A stretch of DNA of 64,000 nt from Phycisphaerales bacterium (GCA_965227775.1 OZ245777.1:1568001-1632000); one strand, 5' to 3'. Positions 1 through 10,416 are shown, counted from the stretch's first letter. The notes: generated by a model not told the origin, from the letters alone. Numbers and translations are program-made.

Positions 1-116
1 GGCACCTTGTGCCGGTTCACCCACGCCAGGGCGCCCGTTCTCTCGGGCTCGCCGGTGTGGTCCTGGGCCTGGGTGTTTGCCGCCCGGGCGGTGTCCTGTT
101 GGTCGTGGCGGTCCAT
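1..116 (-). CDS. Possible CDS 5' end running off the left edge (MDRHDQQDTARAANTQAQDHTGEPERTGALAWVNRHKV...)
   Basis: ATG at 116-114, open frame to the window edge, divergent from pyrH; not in the ORF track because truncated. Confidence 0.35.
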   Translation of the reverse strand, partial: MDRHDQQDTARAANTQAQDHTGEPERTGALAWVNRHKV

Positions 117-333
117 CGGCAAGGGTTGTACTCACGCGAGGCATGCAGGGGGTACTCGACCCTCATCGGCTGGTGGGGCGTAGCCGCCCGAAACCGTGTG
201 CCTACCCTGACTCCGCTACCAGAGGCTGCGGCCCGGGGTTGCACGCTTCCGGCCGCCACACTGGTTTTCCCTAGCGTTCGCGGGCGTCTTGTCCAGCTCC
301 GTTCGTTTGAATTTCCGGGGGCAGCCGAGCAGC

Positions 334-1101
334 ATGCACACCGTTGACGAGCCCAGTACCGCCGCGAAGCCCAGGGCCGCCGACGCCGATCGCGAGCCCT
401 CGCGGCTCTTGCTCAAGCTCAGCGGAGAGGCCTTCGGCCGATCCGGCGCCGGCGTCGATCCCAACCTGCTCACGGACATCTGCAAGGAGATCGCCCAGGC
501 GACCACGCTTGGCGCTCAGCTGGCAATCGTCGTGGGCGGGGGCAACATCATCCGCGGGGCCCAACTCGCCGCCGCTGGATTGGTCCAGCGGGCGACGGCC
601 GACCACATGGGCATGCTGGGCACGGTCATCAATGCCCTTGCTCTTCGCGAAGGGCTGACCTCGGTGGGCGTCGATAGCCGCGTGATGAGCGCCATCGAGA
701 TCCGCGCCGTCGCAGAGACGTTCATCCGTGGTCGGGCCATCCGTCACCTCGAGAAGGGCCGCGTCGTCATCCTGGCCGGCGGGACGGGCAACCCGTACTT
801 CTCGACCGACACCTGCGCGTCGCTTCGAGCGATGGAACTCGGCTGCCGCGTGCTGCTGAAGGCCACCAAGGTCGACGGCGTGTACTCGGCCGATCCCAAC
901 ATCGATCCAACCGCGACCAAATTCGACCACCTGACCTTTGCCCAGGCCATAGACAAGGGCCTGGGCGTGATGGACATGACCGCCCTTGCCATGTGCCAGG
1001 AGCATGACATGCCCGTCGTCGTATTCAACTTCCAGAAGCCCGGCAACATCGCGGCGGTCATCCGAGGCGAGAACATCGGCACCCGACTTTCCGTGCGATA
1101 G
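334..1101 (+). CDS. pyrH: UMP kinase
   Basis: LLKLSGEAF, VGGGNIIRG, ADHMGMLGTVIN, GTGNPYFSTD, KATKVDGVYSADP; adjacent to frr; start placed at ATG 334. Confidence 0.97.
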   Translation: MHTVDEPSTAAKPRAADADREPSRLLLKLSGEAFGRSGAGVDPNLLTDICKEIAQATTLGAQLAIVVGGGNIIRGAQLAAAGLVQRATADHMGMLGTVINALALREGLTSVGVDSRVMSAIEIRAVAETFIRGRAIRHLEKGRVVILAGGTGNPYFSTDTCASLRAMELGCRVLLKATKVDGVYSADPNIDPTATKFDHLTFAQAIDKGLGVMDMTALAMCQEHDMPVVVFNFQKPGNIAAVIRGENIGTRLSVR

Positions 1102-1146
1102 GCACCCCGGCACGGCGGCACGCCGCCGGCTTGTGAGGACGTTCCC

Positions 1147-1719
1147 ATGTCAACCGATCCCGACACCATCCTGCTCGAAGCCGAAGACGCCATGGAGAAG
1201 GGCGTGGAGTACCTCAAGCAGGAGCTCCGCGGCGTGCGCAGCGGCCGGGCAAGCACGGCGCTCATCGAATTCCTGAAGGTCGAGTACTACGGCGCGAGCA
1301 CCGAGCTGAAGGCGCTCGCGGCGATCAGCGTACCCGAGCCAACACAGCTGCTGATCAAGCCCTTCGATCAGGGCGCCGTGGGCGACATCCGCAAGGCCAT
1401 CGAGGCGGCCAATCTCGGCTTGAGCCCCGTCGTCGAGGACAAGTCGATCCGCATCAACGTGCCGACGCTTACGAGTGAGCGTCGCCAGCAGCTCGTTGCC
1501 CGCTGCAAGAAGGTGGGCGAGGAGACCAAGGTCGTTCTGCGCAACGCCCGGCGAGATGCGAACAAGCACGCGGACGCCCTCGCGAAGGACTCCAGCGCCC
1601 ACATCGGCGAAGACCAGGTTGCCGACCTGAAGGACCAGATCCAGGAGATGCTCAAGAAGCACGAGGCCGAGGTCGATCGCCGTGTGGCCGACAAGAGCAA
1701 GGAAGTGCTGGAGGTCTAA
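1147..1719 (+). CDS. frr: Ribosome recycling factor
   Basis: RGVRSGRAS, VEYYG, LRNARRDAN; canonical pyrH-frr order. Confidence 0.97.
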   Translation: MSTDPDTILLEAEDAMEKGVEYLKQELRGVRSGRASTALIEFLKVEYYGASTELKALAAISVPEPTQLLIKPFDQGAVGDIRKAIEAANLGLSPVVEDKSIRINVPTLTSERRQQLVARCKKVGEETKVVLRNARRDANKHADALAKDSSAHIGEDQVADLKDQIQEMLKKHEAEVDRRVADKSKEVLEV

Positions 1720-2498
1720 GTACTCGCCTCTTTGTTGCTCGCGTCATCGAAGTACCGGCCGGGCGTTGCTCCGAGCTCCCTCTTGAACATCGCGATGAAC
1801 GCACTGGGACGCTCGTAGCCGACCTCGGCCGCGACCAGCTGCACCGGCACACCTTCGGCCAGCCGCGTGAGCGCATGGGCGAGGCGAGCCTGCGTTCGCC
1901 ACTGCCCGAACGACATCCCGGCCTGTTCGGCGAACAAGCGTGCGATGGTGCGTGCGCTTGCGCCGCTTCCAGCCGCCATGACGTCCAGCGTGCGCGAGTC
2001 GGCGGGTGTCGCAAGGAGTGATCGAGCAATTCGTGCTGCGCGTTCGTCGACCGGAATCGGCAGCCGCAATGGTCTTTCACTCGTCGTTGCGATCTGGTCG
2101 AGCAAGACCGACGCCATGCGTCGCTGGCTTCCTTCGTTGCGGCGCAGGCCGCCGAGTTCCAGCACGCTCAGTACCAGCTGCGTGAGCAACGGGGACACGC
2201 CCACGACACGCGGCCGATCACTCCAGCCCCGACAAATGGCTGGGTCAAAAAACAGCGTTCGCATTGCCGTCGCGCCAGAACAGGCCACTGCGTGCTAGTA
2301 CCCGGCCGGCACGCACACCGCCCGCTGAGAAGGCACCACCCACACGCCAGAGCCCGTCCGAACCGTGAGCACGCCCGATGAGGCGTAGACCAACTGAGGC
2401 CATGAATGCGAGTGCTCGTCGATTCGAAACCCTGCAGGCAGGTCGAGTGCGAGGCATCGGACGAGGAACCTATCTGTGTTATGGCAGTTTAGCGACAC
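1716..2498 (-). pseudogene. AraC-family (cupin + HTH, NimR-like) regulator interrupted by an in-frame TAG at 2297-2295
   Basis: ORFs 2295..2498 and 1716..2288 are in the same frame: HSHSWPQLVYASSGVL...PAGY*HAV...; C-terminal HTH SARTIARLF...VGYERPSAFIAMFKRELGATP. Confidence 0.85.
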
Positions 2499-2506
2499 TT
2501 ATTGTC
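2494..2506. promoter_or_regulatory. GACA-N5-TGTC inverted repeat overlapping the AraC start, possible autoregulatory operator
   Basis: gacacttattgtc in an AT-rich divergent spacer between araC and the VOC gene. Confidence 0.35.
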
Positions 2507-2576
2507 ATTATAACGTGATTGAGCCAGATCGGGCCCCCGGTACGCTTTTGGCATACAGAAGAACACGGAGATTCCA

Positions 2577-2981
2577 ATGCCAGCCGAACCCAATCAACTC
2601 GCACACTTCGCCATCCACGCCGACGACGTCGAGCGGGCACGCCGGTTCTATGAGTCGGTCTTCGGCTGGACGTTCGAGGCCTGGGGCCCGCCCGAGTTCT
2701 ACCTGATCCACACGAGGGCGGGCGGGCCGCACGGGGCCCTCCAGAAGCGCCGGTCCCCAGTCAGCGGCGAGGGCATGATCGGCTACGAGTGCACCATCGC
2801 TGTTGCAGATGTGCGCGCGGCCGTCTCGGCGATCGAAGACGCCGGCGGCGTCATCACCTCGCCCCCCTTCGAGATCCCAACCGTGGGCACGCTGGCGATG
2901 TTCAAGGACACCGAGGGCAACGTGGCGTGCGTGATGCAGTACGCCAGCAGCGTTCAAGACGCGCGGGATTCCATGCGATGA
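2577..2981 (+). CDS. VOC / glyoxalase / bleomycin-resistance family protein
   Basis: HFAIHADDVERARRFYESVFGWTF...FKDTEGN; GGAG RBS upstream. Confidence 0.9.
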   Translation: MPAEPNQLAHFAIHADDVERARRFYESVFGWTFEAWGPPEFYLIHTRAGGPHGALQKRRSPVSGEGMIGYECTIAVADVRAAVSAIEDAGGVITSPPFEIPTVGTLAMFKDTEGNVACVMQYASSVQDARDSMR

Positions 2982-3502
2982 AGCACAGAGTGAAGCTCGG
3001 CGTGGTATGCGTGTCTGTCGTTGGCGCGGCAGCACTTGCTGTCGTCGCCAGTGGATCGCAGCCAGACGCGACAGATGCGACGCAACAGTCGGATCTCAAC
3101 AGTGTTCGTACGGAGCTCGAGGGATTCTTGCTCCGGTATGTCGAGACGCTGGCAGGAGACGACGACCATGCCATCAGAGCCTTGTACGTTGCTGACGACC
3201 GGTTCACCTGGTTCACTGATGGCAGGGCGCTCTATCGATCGTCGCAAGATGTGGTGGATGGCCTCGATAGCTTGAGAGCGTCCGCTGTCGAACTGCATAC
3301 TGATCTGGCAAACACGGCAGTCCTCCCACTGAGCCGCGAACACGCCACAATCAACAGCGATTTCAGCACAAGCGCAAAGACAGAAGGACAGGAGGCCTTC
3401 GCATTCGCGGGTGTCATCACGATGGTGGTGGAGCGACAGCCAGACGGTACGTGGAAGGTCGTGCAGGGGCACTCGTCTACCCCTGCAGGCCCGCCACGAT
3501 AA
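2978..3502 (+). CDS. Exported SnoaL/NTF2-like (DUF4440-type) protein
   Basis: Hydrophobic N-terminus; ends ITMVVERQPDGTWKVVQGHSS, typical of the NTF2 fold; ATGA overlap with the VOC stop. Confidence 0.75.
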   Translation: MKHRVKLGVVCVSVVGAAALAVVASGSQPDATDATQQSDLNSVRTELEGFLLRYVETLAGDDDHAIRALYVADDRFTWFTDGRALYRSSQDVVDGLDSLRASAVELHTDLANTAVLPLSREHATINSDFSTSAKTEGQEAFAFAGVITMVVERQPDGTWKVVQGHSSTPAGPPR

Positions 3503-3505
3503 CGC

Positions 3506-5281
3506 TCAGCGGAACGTGACCACGTTTGGCGCCGTCAGTAGCACCGGCTCCTCGCGAAGCAGGCTGAACGAGTTCAGCGAGTGGACCATCTGCGTCCACG
3601 TGTGCTCGCCCACGGCGGCACGCACCGCTCGCACCATGGGCAGGGCCGACGCGTCAGTGGGCGCCGATGCGCCCATAAACCCGCCGAACGACTCTTCGAG
3701 GATCTCGGTGAGCGACTTGGGGCCGGGGAAGTGGCGAACGTCGTAGTTCGCCAGGCCCACGTGGTCGGCAAGGTCCGTGACGGCGTCGTCGAGGGTGCCG
3801 ATCTCGTCGGCCATCTTGAGCCGCACCGCGTCGGTGCCCAGGAAGAGCCGGCCCTCTGCCGTCTCAGACAAATCGATGCCCGGGCGACCCTGCGTCACGC
3901 GGCCGGTGAATTGGTCGTAGGTCTCGGCCATCTTGGAGCGAACGATCTCGATCTGCTGCTCGCTCCAGGGCTCGGCCGACGCGAAGATGTCGGCCCGCGG
4001 GCCGCGAGCCCGGCCGACGACGTTGATCTTCAGCGTGTCGTAGAGCTCGGCCATGCTGACCTTGCCGCCGACAACGCCGATCGAGCCCAGAATGCTGGAC
4101 TCGTTGGCGTAGATCTTCTGTCCTCCGACGGCGATGTAGTACCCGCCTGAGGCGGCCATGTTGCCGATGCTCACCCAGACCGGCTTCTGCTTCGCAAGGT
4201 CTTGCACGCCCTGCCAGATGATTTCACTTGCGGTCGCAGATCCGCCGGGCGAGTCGATGCGGAGCACCACGCCCTTGACCATGTCGTTGCTCGCGAGCTG
4301 AGACAGCTCGTTGCGCACGCTCCGGCTGCCGATGCTCTGCCCGCCAAACAAGCCGCCCGAGCCCGAGTCCCCCGTCATGATCGCGCCGGTCAAGTGCAGC
4401 ACGGCGATGGTGGGGCCGGTGAGGTTGGTGTCGGGCTCCTCGGTCAGCATCTGCAACATGGCGAAGGGGTTGGAGGTATCGAAGCTGTTGCCCTCCTTGC
4501 CGGCAGTCAGCGTGACCCAGCGCGGGTTGGAGCCCTCGCCGGTGAGCGCTGCGCCCAGGTCGGGCAGATCGACCGCGGCATCGACCATGCCGGCGGCAAC
4601 CGCGTCCTCGGCGTTGGCCATCCACAGCGTTTCCATGGCCGACTCGACGCCGCCCTGGTTCGTGCCGCGTCCATCGGCCAGCGTGGTGACCATGTGCCCG
4701 TACAAGCTGTCGAGCAGGCCGCTGATGTTCTCATCCCAGGCGTCACTCGGGCTCGAGCGCGTCATCTGCTCGTTCGCGCCCTTGTAGTCGCCTACCTGGA
4801 TGAGCTGCGCGTTGAGGCCAACCCAATCGAGCGTGTCTGCCAGGAACATCTCTTCCATGTAGAGGCCCGGCAGCGAAACATCGCCGGCCTTCTGGATCAC
4901 CGCGCGGTCGGCGTAGCTCGCCAGCATCAGATCCGTCGGGCCCATCTGCTCGGCGAATACCGTGACGGGAACGTCGACCGAGTCGATAGCCTGACCCAGC
5001 TCATCGACGATCGCCCAGCTGAGCGCTGCATCCTTCAGTCGCACCACTAGGTGATCGAGGTTCTGGTCGCCGGGCGAATCCTGGATCGCGGAGACGAGGT
5101 CGCTGAGCGTGGGCTCGGTTTCGCCGAAGAGCCAGGCCAGCGGGCTCGGTGCGTCGGCGGGCGTGCCAGAGATTTCGAGCAGCCCGATGCGCTCGCGGGC
5201 TTGCGCGAGTGCGTGCGTGGCGCCGGCCGAGAGGGTCAAGAGTCCGGCGGCGAAGTACGTGAGCGTGCGGTTCGGGCGCAT
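3506..5281 (-). CDS. sppA: Signal peptide peptidase SppA (S49, two-domain type)
   Basis: LRIDSPGGSA, MAASGGYY (catalytic Ser), GSIGV, VGDYKGA (catalytic Lys), AEGRLFLG; N-terminal signal peptide. Confidence 0.93.
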   Translation of the reverse strand: MRPNRTLTYFAAGLLTLSAGATHALAQARERIGLLEISGTPADAPSPLAWLFGETEPTLSDLVSAIQDSPGDQNLDHLVVRLKDAALSWAIVDELGQAIDSVDVPVTVFAEQMGPTDLMLASYADRAVIQKAGDVSLPGLYMEEMFLADTLDWVGLNAQLIQVGDYKGANEQMTRSSPSDAWDENISGLLDSLYGHMVTTLADGRGTNQGGVESAMETLWMANAEDAVAAGMVDAAVDLPDLGAALTGEGSNPRWVTLTAGKEGNSFDTSNPFAMLQMLTEEPDTNLTGPTIAVLHLTGAIMTGDSGSGGLFGGQSIGSRSVRNELSQLASNDMVKGVVLRIDSPGGSATASEIIWQGVQDLAKQKPVWVSIGNMAASGGYYIAVGGQKIYANESSILGSIGVVGGKVSMAELYDTLKINVVGRARGPRADIFASAEPWSEQQIEIVRSKMAETYDQFTGRVTQGRPGIDLSETAEGRLFLGTDAVRLKMADEIGTLDDAVTDLADHVGLANYDVRHFPGPKSLTEILEESFGGFMGASAPTDASALPMVRAVRAAVGEHTWTQMVHSLNSFSLLREEPVLLTAPNVVTFR

Positions 5282-5368
5282 GGGGCCTCCTTGATGCCGC
5301 GCGTTGAACGCGTTTGGGTCATTTTCGTACGGATGCTAGATCCGTGTGTTCGAGTGGATCGGCCCGAT

Positions 5369-5788
5369 TCAGGCGTACCCCAATTGGTCGAGGTCGTCTT
5401 CTTCGAGCCCGAAGTGATGGCCGATCTCGTGCAAGAGGGTTATGCGGATCTGTTCGGACACCGTTTCGTCATCGGCGTTCCAGCCGCCCGAGATCAGGGC
5501 GATCCCGCGTCTGAACAGGTGGATCTCGTTCGGCAGGACCGCGTCGAGCTCGATCGGTCGCTCGGTCAGCATGAACCCGGTATGCAGCCCGCAGAGCTCT
5601 TCGATCGCCTCTGCGATGTCCTGCGGCTCGATGCCCAGGTCCTTCAGGATGACCGGGTCGGGCTCGTCCATCACGTGCAGGGGCACTTCTTCGAGTACCG
5701 CCCGCACGCGCTCGGGCAGCGCCTCGAGTTCGCGCTCCAGCAGCTCGTCGAATCGCGCTCGGAATGCCGCCGGCACGGGTTCGTTCAC
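5369..5788 (-). CDS. Minimal zincin metallopeptidase (Zincin_1 family)
   Basis: ITLLHEIGHHFGLEEDDL HExxH motif; GTG start overlapping the upstream TGA. Confidence 0.88.
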   Translation of the reverse strand: MNEPVPAAFRARFDELLERELEALPERVRAVLEEVPLHVMDEPDPVILKDLGIEPQDIAEAIEELCGLHTGFMLTERPIELDAVLPNEIHLFRRGIALISGGWNADDETVSEQIRITLLHEIGHHFGLEEDDLDQLGYA

Positions 5789-6744
5789 GGGGCTCCGTCC
5801 GCCCGGCGTTCGGCGTGGGCCACGTCCACCATGGACACGAAGCTGGTGATACGACGGCCCGACCGCCACAGCGCTCGCGAAATGCGTGTGCAGTCGATCG
5901 CCGCACCGGCTAGGCCCAGGGTGAGCAGAGCGGAAGAGATGACCACGAGGGACACGCCCGCGATGCTGAACACGTCGGCGAGTGCTTCGGAGCTGTACGT
6001 CGCCGCTAGTCGAACCAGATCGCCCACGATGCCGATGCCCGCAGCGAGCGCGACAGCGTAAAGCGTCTGCCGATCGACGCGGCCCGTGCGGAGAATCGCC
6101 GACCGCGCCGCCAGCGTCCGCGCGTTGGCCCTGATCAGTAGCACAACGGCGGTGATGAGCGCGAGCCCGATGCCTCTGGCCGTCACGCGTTCCACATCGG
6201 GTACGCGTTCGAAGTAGGGGCTCGCTGCCGGAGCATCGATCACACCGTGCAGGTAGTAAAACGCGATCGCCAGCGGAAGGTACAGCACGACGCCGAGCAT
6301 GGCCGTTCGCACGCCGCGCAGCGGCATGCGGTTGGCAGGCCTCACGAGTGCGATCGCCCCGACACCCGAAATGAGAACGAAGATCGCGCCAGCGATGGAG
6401 ATCGCGTGCGATGCTGACACGCTTATGAGGTGCGGATTGTTTTGGAGTGCAGGCACTTCCGCGGCGCGCATCGTCCAGACGCACGCGGCGGCGAGCAATC
6501 CGCCAATCGACCACACCATCAGGCCGAAAGCGGTCAGTCTCGGCCTTCGGATGGGATCGAACTCTCGTGCGCGTGGGTCGACGACGGCGAGGATGCTCGT
6601 CGCGATGCGCACGCCGCACTCGGGGCATCGGTCCAGCACGCTGAGGCCGCGCAGGTCATATCCGCATGCGACGCACGTCAGCCGCTCGGTCAGCGTTGCT
6701 GCAACCAGCGGCTCGTCGGTCGGAGGTTGCGGAACGTGGCTCAC
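5785..6744 (-). CDS. Multi-TM membrane protein with N-terminal zinc ribbon (planctomycete-type)
   Basis: CVACGYDLRGLSVLDRCPECG followed by about 6 hydrophobic segments; GTGA overlap at 6741-6744. Confidence 0.8.
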   Translation of the reverse strand: MSHVPQPPTDEPLVAATLTERLTCVACGYDLRGLSVLDRCPECGVRIATSILAVVDPRAREFDPIRRPRLTAFGLMVWSIGGLLAAACVWTMRAAEVPALQNNPHLISVSASHAISIAGAIFVLISGVGAIALVRPANRMPLRGVRTAMLGVVLYLPLAIAFYYLHGVIDAPAASPYFERVPDVERVTARGIGLALITAVVLLIRANARTLAARSAILRTGRVDRQTLYAVALAAGIGIVGDLVRLAATYSSEALADVFSIAGVSLVVISSALLTLGLAGAAIDCTRISRALWRSGRRITSFVSMVDVAHAERRADGAP

Positions 6745-6980
6745 CGCTTCTGGCTCCGGTTGAGTCGCATGCCCGTGCGAATGAAGGCGACGAATCCACC
6801 CACGACGCCGCCGCACAGCCCGATCAGCAGGAACAGCGGACTGGTGCCCGCGAAGTAGTCGATGCCAAACCCGATGAGCACGCAGGTGATGGCCGTCGCG
6901 GCGAAGTCAACCCCTGCCGACCATCCGCCCATGCGCTGACGCCAGGCCGCGATGCGTTGGCTGCTGTCGGGCTCTGACAC
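6741..6980 (-). CDS. AtpZ/AtpI-like (ATPase gene 1) two-TM protein
   Basis: [29 protein letters not shown] matches the G-x-x-x-D-x-x-x-GTxP-x-F pattern. Confidence 0.75.
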   Translation of the reverse strand: MSEPDSSQRIAAWRQRMGGWSAGVDFAATAITCVLIGFGIDYFAGTSPLFLLIGLCGGVVGGFVAFIRTGMRLNRSQKR

Positions 6981-6989
6981 GAGGGAGTT

Positions 6990-9900
6990 TTAGGCCATCG
7001 AGGCGAGGGCCACTTCCTGGCCCTTGTCGGCGGCCTCGCGCACGCGGTCGCCCTCGGGCCCGCCTCCCTGGGCCTGGTTGGGCTTGCCGCCGCCCTTTCC
7101 GCCCACGACCTGCGCAACGGCCCGCACCCAATCGCCCGCCTTCAGTCCGCGGGCAACGGCTGTCTGGGGTACATCGGCGAGCAAGGCAACCTTGTTCTCA
7201 GGGTCCACGCTTAGCAGCATGATCGGCGAGTCGGGCAGCGTCTTGCGCACCTCGCCGAGCGCCGACTGCATCGCGCCGCGATCGCCCATCGCATCGATGA
7301 TGGCGACCACCGGGTTGCCATCGCCTGTGCTCTGCGCGAGCGACTTTGCCTGCTCGATTGCCTTCTTGCTGGCCTGCTGCGCCTGTGCCTTGCGCGCCGC
7401 CTTGGCGCGTTCCTGCAGCGCTCCGAGCTTCTCACGCAACTCGGCCTTCCGAGCCACAGGGATGATCGCCTCATCGATCAGCTTTCCAAGTCGTGCGATC
7501 TCGGGCTCGAGCTGCTCGTCACTCAGCTTGGCGGCCTCGCCGAGCTCGACCGCCAGCGCGTTGGCATGCGCGATTGCGCGGCGGGCTTCCTGGCGCGTCA
7601 CCGCCACGATGCGGCGGATGCCCTTGGCGACGCCTTCCTCGTGCACGATGGCAAAGCTCTCGGCCTGGGCCGTCGTCGCCAGGTGCGTGCCGCCGCACAG
7701 CTCGATGGAGTACTCCATCCAGGCGTCGTTCTTCGGGTCGGCCAGCATCTTGTCGATCGGCGCACCAATAGACACGACACGCACGGGGTTGGGGTACTTC
7801 TCGCCGAACACGGCGCGCAGGCCGTTGATCTCGAGCGCCTTGTCCTGCGGCACGAGGTCGGCGTACACCGGGTGGTCCTGTTCGAGCACCTGGCGCACGA
7901 TGGTCTCCATGCGCCCCAAATCAGCCGGCGAGATCGGGCCGTTGGCGTCGAAGTCGAACCGCAGGCGATCGGGCGCCACCATCGAGCCGCGCTGCTCGGG
8001 CGGTGTGTCCCCACCCACGACCTCGCGCAGGGCGTAATTGAAAAGGTGTGTCGTCGTGTGGTTGGCCGCGAGGTTCAGGCGACGCTCGTTGTCGAGGTTG
8101 AGCGTCACCTCGTCGCCCACGCGCAGCTCGCCACGGATCATCTTTCCCGCGTGCAGGACATAGCCGCCATAGGACTTGACGCCCTCGACCCTGAACTCGC
8201 CGCCGCGTTTCTCATCGCGCACGCTGGTCCTGGCTTCCTTGCTCACGAACATCCGCCCGTGGTCGGCCTGCTGCCCGCCCATCTCGGCGTAGAAGTTCGT
8301 GACGTCCAGCACGATCCCGACCGCTGCGGCCCGGCCGCTGGCCTCGGCGTGCTCGTCGTAGTCGCGGCCGTTCCAGATGGCCTTGACGCGGGCGCGGACC
8401 TCGCGGCCGTGGAACTTGTCCACGTCGCTGGTGGGCTTGACATGCAGGCTCTGCAGCTTGGCGATCGCGTCGGCGTCGAGCGCGAGCCCCGCTTCGGCCT
8501 GCGACTTCGAGCCCGCCCGAGACTGCTCGCGCTGCTCGGCCATGGCCTTGTGGAAGCCGTCGACGTCGACGGTCAAGCCGCGCTCCTCGGCCATGACCTG
8601 GGTAAGGTCGAGGGGGAAGCCGTAGGTGTCGTGCAACTTGAACGCTTCTTCACCGGGGAGCTGAACCAATTGGCCAAGCTCGGACACTTCCTTCAAGAGA
8701 TCATCAAGTGTGAACTCGAAGGTGGGAGAACCGCGATCAGGATCTGCAAAACCAACAGAGGTCGAGCCATCCGGGAGTGTTTGGATTGAGCGTTCAAGCA
8801 CTTGAGCGTGCTTTGCAAATACTGCGCTGGCTTGCTGGGCTATCGCGTGATCGAACTGGAGGAGTCCCTTCTGCATCGTTCGCCCAAAGCTCTCCTCCTC
8901 CTCCCGAACAATCCCCGCCACCCGATCCGGATTGCGCTTCAGTTCGGGGAACGCCTCGCCGTAGTGCTCGACGATCACCGGCACGAGCTCGCTCAGGAAG
9001 CCCGGCTTGGCCCCAAGCTTCTGCCAGCCCATGCGCACGGCCCGGCGCAGGATGCGGCGCAGCACGTAGCCGCGGCCTTCGTTGCCCGGCACGGCCCCAT
9101 CGGTCAGCGCAAACGTCAACGCGCGTGCATGGTCGGCAACGACGCGGTAGGCGAAGTCGACCTGGCCCTCGTCCTGGTGCCCCAGTTTGCCGGCGTACGA
9201 CCGTGTGCCTGTCATCTTGCTGATCGCGTCGAAAATCGGCGTGAACAGGTCGGTGTCGTAGTTGCTGGGCTTGCCCTGCAAGACGCTCAGCACGCGCTCC
9301 AGGCCCATGCCGGTGTCGACGTGCTTTGCGGGCAGCTCCTTGAGCGTGCCGTCGCCCTGGCGGTCGAACTGGATGAACACGAGGTTCCAGATCTCGATCA
9401 CGCTCGGGTCGTCGGCGTTGACCAGCTTGCTCGCGTCACGCCCACCGACTCGGTCGAAGTGGACCTCGCTGCAAGGCCCGCACGGCCCGGTGTCGCCCAT
9501 CTCCCAGAAGTTGTCTTTCGTGCCGTAGGGCAGCACGCGCTCGGGCGGCAGGAAGCGCAACCAGAGTTCCTTCGCCTCGTCGTCGGCGGGCAGGCCCTGC
9601 TTCTGGTCGCCGCCGAAGTAGCTCGCGTACAGCTGGTCCTTGGGCAGGCCCCAGACCTCGGTCAGCAGTGTCCAGGCCCACTCGATGGCCTCGGTCTTGA
9701 AATAGTCGCCGAACGACCAGTTGCCCAACATCTCGAAGAACGTGTGGTGGTAGGTGTCCTTGCCCACGTCCTCGAGGTCGTTGTGCTTGCCGCCGGCGCG
9801 GATGCACTTCTGGCTGTTTGCGGCGCACTTCAGCTTGCCGAGCTCGCTGGACGGATCGGCCTGGCCCAGGAAGAGCGGCTTGAACTGGTTCATGCCCGCG

Positions 9901-10061
9901 TTCGTGAATAGCAGCGTCGGGTCGTCGAGCGGTACGACCGGGCTGGATGGCACGAACGGGTGCGGCGCGCTCTTCAGGCTCTTGAAGAAGTCGATGAACG
10001 ACGCGCGGACCGAGGCGCCCGTCCAGGTCGAGCTGTTGGTTGTTGTGGGGGCGTTGGGCAC
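6990..10061 (-). CDS. alaS: Alanine--tRNA ligase (eukaryote-like signature)
   Basis: [53 protein letters not shown], editing NHTTTH/ELCGGTH, C-terminal GGKGGGKP; start uncertain (GTG 10061, frame open to 10148). Confidence 0.97.
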   Translation of the reverse strand: MPNAPTTTNSSTWTGASVRASFIDFFKSLKSAPHPFVPSSPVVPLDDPTLLFTNAGMNQFKPLFLGQADPSSELGKLKCAANSQKCIRAGGKHNDLEDVGKDTYHHTFFEMLGNWSFGDYFKTEAIEWAWTLLTEVWGLPKDQLYASYFGGDQKQGLPADDEAKELWLRFLPPERVLPYGTKDNFWEMGDTGPCGPCSEVHFDRVGGRDASKLVNADDPSVIEIWNLVFIQFDRQGDGTLKELPAKHVDTGMGLERVLSVLQGKPSNYDTDLFTPIFDAISKMTGTRSYAGKLGHQDEGQVDFAYRVVADHARALTFALTDGAVPGNEGRGYVLRRILRRAVRMGWQKLGAKPGFLSELVPVIVEHYGEAFPELKRNPDRVAGIVREEEESFGRTMQKGLLQFDHAIAQQASAVFAKHAQVLERSIQTLPDGSTSVGFADPDRGSPTFEFTLDDLLKEVSELGQLVQLPGEEAFKLHDTYGFPLDLTQVMAEERGLTVDVDGFHKAMAEQREQSRAGSKSQAEAGLALDADAIAKLQSLHVKPTSDVDKFHGREVRARVKAIWNGRDYDEHAEASGRAAAVGIVLDVTNFYAEMGGQQADHGRMFVSKEARTSVRDEKRGGEFRVEGVKSYGGYVLHAGKMIRGELRVGDEVTLNLDNERRLNLAANHTTTHLFNYALREVVGGDTPPEQRGSMVAPDRLRFDFDANGPISPADLGRMETIVRQVLEQDHPVYADLVPQDKALEINGLRAVFGEKYPNPVRVVSIGAPIDKMLADPKNDAWMEYSIELCGGTHLATTAQAESFAIVHEEGVAKGIRRIVAVTRQEARRAIAHANALAVELGEAAKLSDEQLEPEIARLGKLIDEAIIPVARKAELREKLGALQERAKAARKAQAQQASKKAIEQAKSLAQSTGDGNPVVAIIDAMGDRGAMQSALGEVRKTLPDSPIMLLSVDPENKVALLADVPQTAVARGLKAGDWVRAVAQVVGGKGGGKPNQAQGGGPEGDRVREAADKGQEVALASMA

Positions 10062-10176
10062 GGCGTCGCTCGTTTCGGTGTTCGGGGTCGGGCCGGGGTG
10101 TGTCGGCTTCAGGTGCGAGAAGATGCGAGAGGGATTGTTAGCCGGCAAACGCTGTCAGCCGAACAAGCCGGCCGAG

Positions 10177-10416
10177 TCAGCCTGCCGAATGCGGCGGCTT
10201 CTCGTGCTCGGGCAGGTCGGGGTCGGCCTGCACCAGCGAGCCAAGCCGCTCTTCCATCGCGCTGAGCCGCTTCTCGAGCGCCAGCACCCGCCGCAGTGCC
10301 TCTTCCGCGGCCTCGCGGGCGTCACCCGCGGCCTGCTCCTGGAACATGGCCGTCTCCTCCAGGCTGGTCAGGCGGCGCTGGGTCTGCGGGTCGGGTGTAT
10401 CGCTGTTGTCGGGCAT
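10177..10416 (-). CDS. slyX: SlyX-family protein
   Basis: RLTSLEETAMFQE coiled coil and C-terminal EKPPH. Confidence 0.75.
   Translation of the reverse strand: MPDNSDTPDPQTQRRLTSLEETAMFQEQAAGDAREAAEEALRRVLALEKRLSAMEERLGSLVQADPDLPEHEKPPHSAG

Noticed and set aside
2295..2297. Pyrrolysine or stop-codon reassignment
   Set aside because: No pyl genes or suppressor tRNA in view; TAG ends several normal genes in the window.
8661..8849. Intein or intron in alaS
   Set aside because: Too short, the frame stays open, and there are no intein terminal residues.
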